Of a DNA stretch of 64,000 bases, positions 61,427-64,000 are shown in pieces. This stretch comes from Lytechinus pictus. Lineage: Eukaryota. Position 1 is the stretch's first letter. Each line of letters starts with the position of its first letter. Under the pieces are notes generated by a model. It was not told the origin of the DNA, did not search any database, and saw only the letters and a program-made list of their open reading frames with translations. The translations under genes were made by a program, and so were the position numbers. The stretch is taken from the NCBI RefSeq assembly GCF_037042905.1, contig NC_087252.1, positions 17,608,001 to 17,672,000 on the forward strand, written 5' to 3'.

Positions 61427-64000
61427 TGTTGCGAGAATAAATACAGATCGAACATGAAATTGCCGTTTCTCAACTTTATTGCCTCTGGGGGATTTTACCA
61501 GAATCATTAAAACGACATTTACAATATTTTAACAAGTACACAGTTTCTAAACAATATTCATCAAGCCACAACCAACCAGATTTTAAGGGGGAAACCGGGT
61601 CACGTGACCTCCCAGAAGGAAGAGATCCAACGGGATCCCAGGACAGGTATTTCCTGGGGTGCGGATTCCCCTCTTTACATTTATCATCTATTCAATACAA
61701 GATTATCTCATGTGTGAAATAAAATTGGGGGAGAGGCTTCAAGACCAGAACGTGAATTCTTGGAAGGGGAACCTGCCGGAAGACATCCAGCCGGACTTCC
61801 AAACCAGGAGACTTTGGAAAGTTGGGTTCCCCTGTCCCGATTTTCTTGACATAATTAGTATACAGTGCCTCCCCCTGGTGTTGAAATTTGACCGATATAA
61901 GAAAAAATACTCAGTAATCAGGCCAAACACCAAAACAAGCCCATCCTACCAGCCAAAACAAGCCCATCCAACCAACCATATCAAGCCCGACCAACCAACC
62001 ATAACAAGCCCGACCAACCAACCATAACAAGCCCATCCATCCATCCAACCATGTAAAGCCAATCTAACTAGCCAAACGAGTTTAAGTTCACCTTGTACAT
62101 CATTACCACATACAAACATAAATCAATTGTAAATGATATGATGCATAAACAATGACAATACATATCAATTGTAATTACAAGTCAACTACGGACACAATTT
62201 CAATATTTGTACAATAGTATTATCAGCTTGGTTGAAACTGAGGGGATCTTTCTAAAGGATCTGCTGATAGAGCGTGGATCGCTATGATCATAACCAATCA
62301 ACTAATCATAACAAGCCCAAACATCCAACCAATGTTAGCCCATCCAACCAAACAAAACAAGTTCCTTTTGAACTTCCGTCATGTACATCACAAAAAAAAT
62401 ACGGTACCAATCAATATGCATCAAATGCATTAACACAAATACACATCAATTATAATTCCAAATCAACTGCAAATTATGAAAATTTGTGCAATTGTAGTCA
62501 ACCAGAACAAGCCCAGCCAACCAACCATATAAAGCCACCAAAGAAATTTCAGTTCATCTTGTACATCATTACCAAATACAAACACAAATTAAATATGCAT
62601 CATAGTGAACATAAACAATTTGCAAATACATATAAAGTGTAATTGCCGGTCCACTACAGACAAAATTTTAAAATTTGTACAAAAGTATTAATAGCTTGGT
62701 TGGAAATGAGGGGATCCACTAAAATAACTACTTGGAGAGCGTGAATCCCTATGATCATAATAACCAACCAACCAATCATAGCAAGCCCATCCACCCAACC
62801 AGCGCAAGCACATCCAACCGAATAAAAACGAGTTCATTTTGAACTTCCGTCATGTACATCATAAAAAATCACGGTACAAATCAGATATGCACTTAATGCA
62901 TAAACACAAATACACAACAATTGTAATTACAAATCAACTATAGACAAATTATGAAAATTTGGGCAATTGTATTAACAAGAACTTGTTTGGAAATGAGGGG
63001 ATCCACTAAAAGCCTTGCTTGTAGAGCGTGGATCCTTATGATAATAAACAACCAAACATATCGCCCAACCAACCAATGCAAGTCTATCCGAGAAACAAGC
63101 CAATCAAGCCCATCCAGTCAACTGATACAAGCCTATGCAACCAATGCAATTCTATCCAAACACATGCCCAGCCAACCAACCAAAATAAATCCATGTTATC
63201 AACAGTATAACCAACCAAAATATACGGTTATTTCAATCAACTGTAACCGGCACAACTTGCACTTAAACAGGCTCATTGAGCAATCTCGAGCCCCGTCTTT
63301 AAAATTCGCTATTACCACATTTAGATTAATTAGCACAATCGCCTTGACAGATTTGAGTATAAACAAAAATCACGACAGAATTATTAACAACCATGTATTA
63401 TATCACCCAATCTTTTTCATAACATGTGTATCACATTTTTTGGAGGCAGAAACAATATCCTCCGACCCTGACAATATTATAACCAACTACTCGCAACCAT
63501 TATTAAATGGGCGGGAGGGAGGGCAAATTAACGTCTTGCATCCCCCAGAGCTTAGTTGAGAATGAACATGTGCTTCCAAATCTGTCGCGTATTGCGCACG
63601 TCCCTGAATTCTTTCCATGCATTTCATTGGTTCTTTTTAGCGTAGAGGCTGTGCCCCCGTTGCCGTTGCCTGGCTGTCACCAAGGGCGCTGTGTAACGGC
63701 GCCATCCATGATATGCCCAGCCAATCACAGACATGTTGCTGGGGGCGTGTCCTTGGAGAATTCCCGCGGAATCGCAGGGGCGCACTTTGTTTTCGCGGGC
63801 CGTGTATGGCTTGCCAATAATTGGTTTTTTGAGAAGACCTGTCTTCTCTCGCAAACTATCTTCTTCGCTTATTCGAATAATCTTATTGCGAGAATAAATA
63901 CAGATCGAACATGAAATTGCCGTTTCTCAACTTTATTGCCTCTGGGGGATTTTACCAGAATCATTAAAACGACATTTACAATATTTTAACAAGTACACAG
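61427..64000. repeat. 2457-bp-period direct repeat (LTR-like or satellite), truncated by the window end
   Basis: 61429-61543 is identical to 63886-64000. Starts TGT; internal subrepeats at 61930-63200 (tgaggggatc..gagcgtg..caacc). Confidence 0.7.

Noticed and set aside
62951-63914. 202-aa and 135-aa ORFs
   Set aside because: Derived from caacc-rich subrepeats; no domain signature.

Overview
Eukaryotic, AT-rich, repeat-dense genomic DNA. It looks like a marine invertebrate, most plausibly an echinoid; this is inferred from the repeat types and not proven. The backbone is a tandem segmental duplication: position 1 is paralogous to about 24061. Each unit ends in a single-ORF TRIM gene with RING, two B-boxes, coiled coil and an NHL-like beta-propeller (19051-20925 and 58829-60700). 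The two TRIMs are nearly identical in the middle but strongly diverged in the propeller. Unit 2 carries a young Gmr1-type Gypsy LTR element (integrase before RT) as a tandem LTR-int-LTR-int-LTR array with one ACCTC TSD. Both internal copies keep Gag-PR-IN but share a destroyed RT and lack RNase H. Unit 2 also holds an Academ-like long-TIR transposon with nested Vingi-like, L2-like and SINE insertions, a 5'-truncated CR1/L2 LINE, hAT MITEs and a probable P-element-type footprint. Unit 1 holds a CryptonA-like tyrosine-recombinase pseudogene next to a 180-bp palindrome, a tRNA-SINE, a SINE whose head resembles 7SL/Alu, several MITEs, and a junction suggesting a third TRIM unit was deleted. There are three N-gaps. 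All alignments were done by eye.
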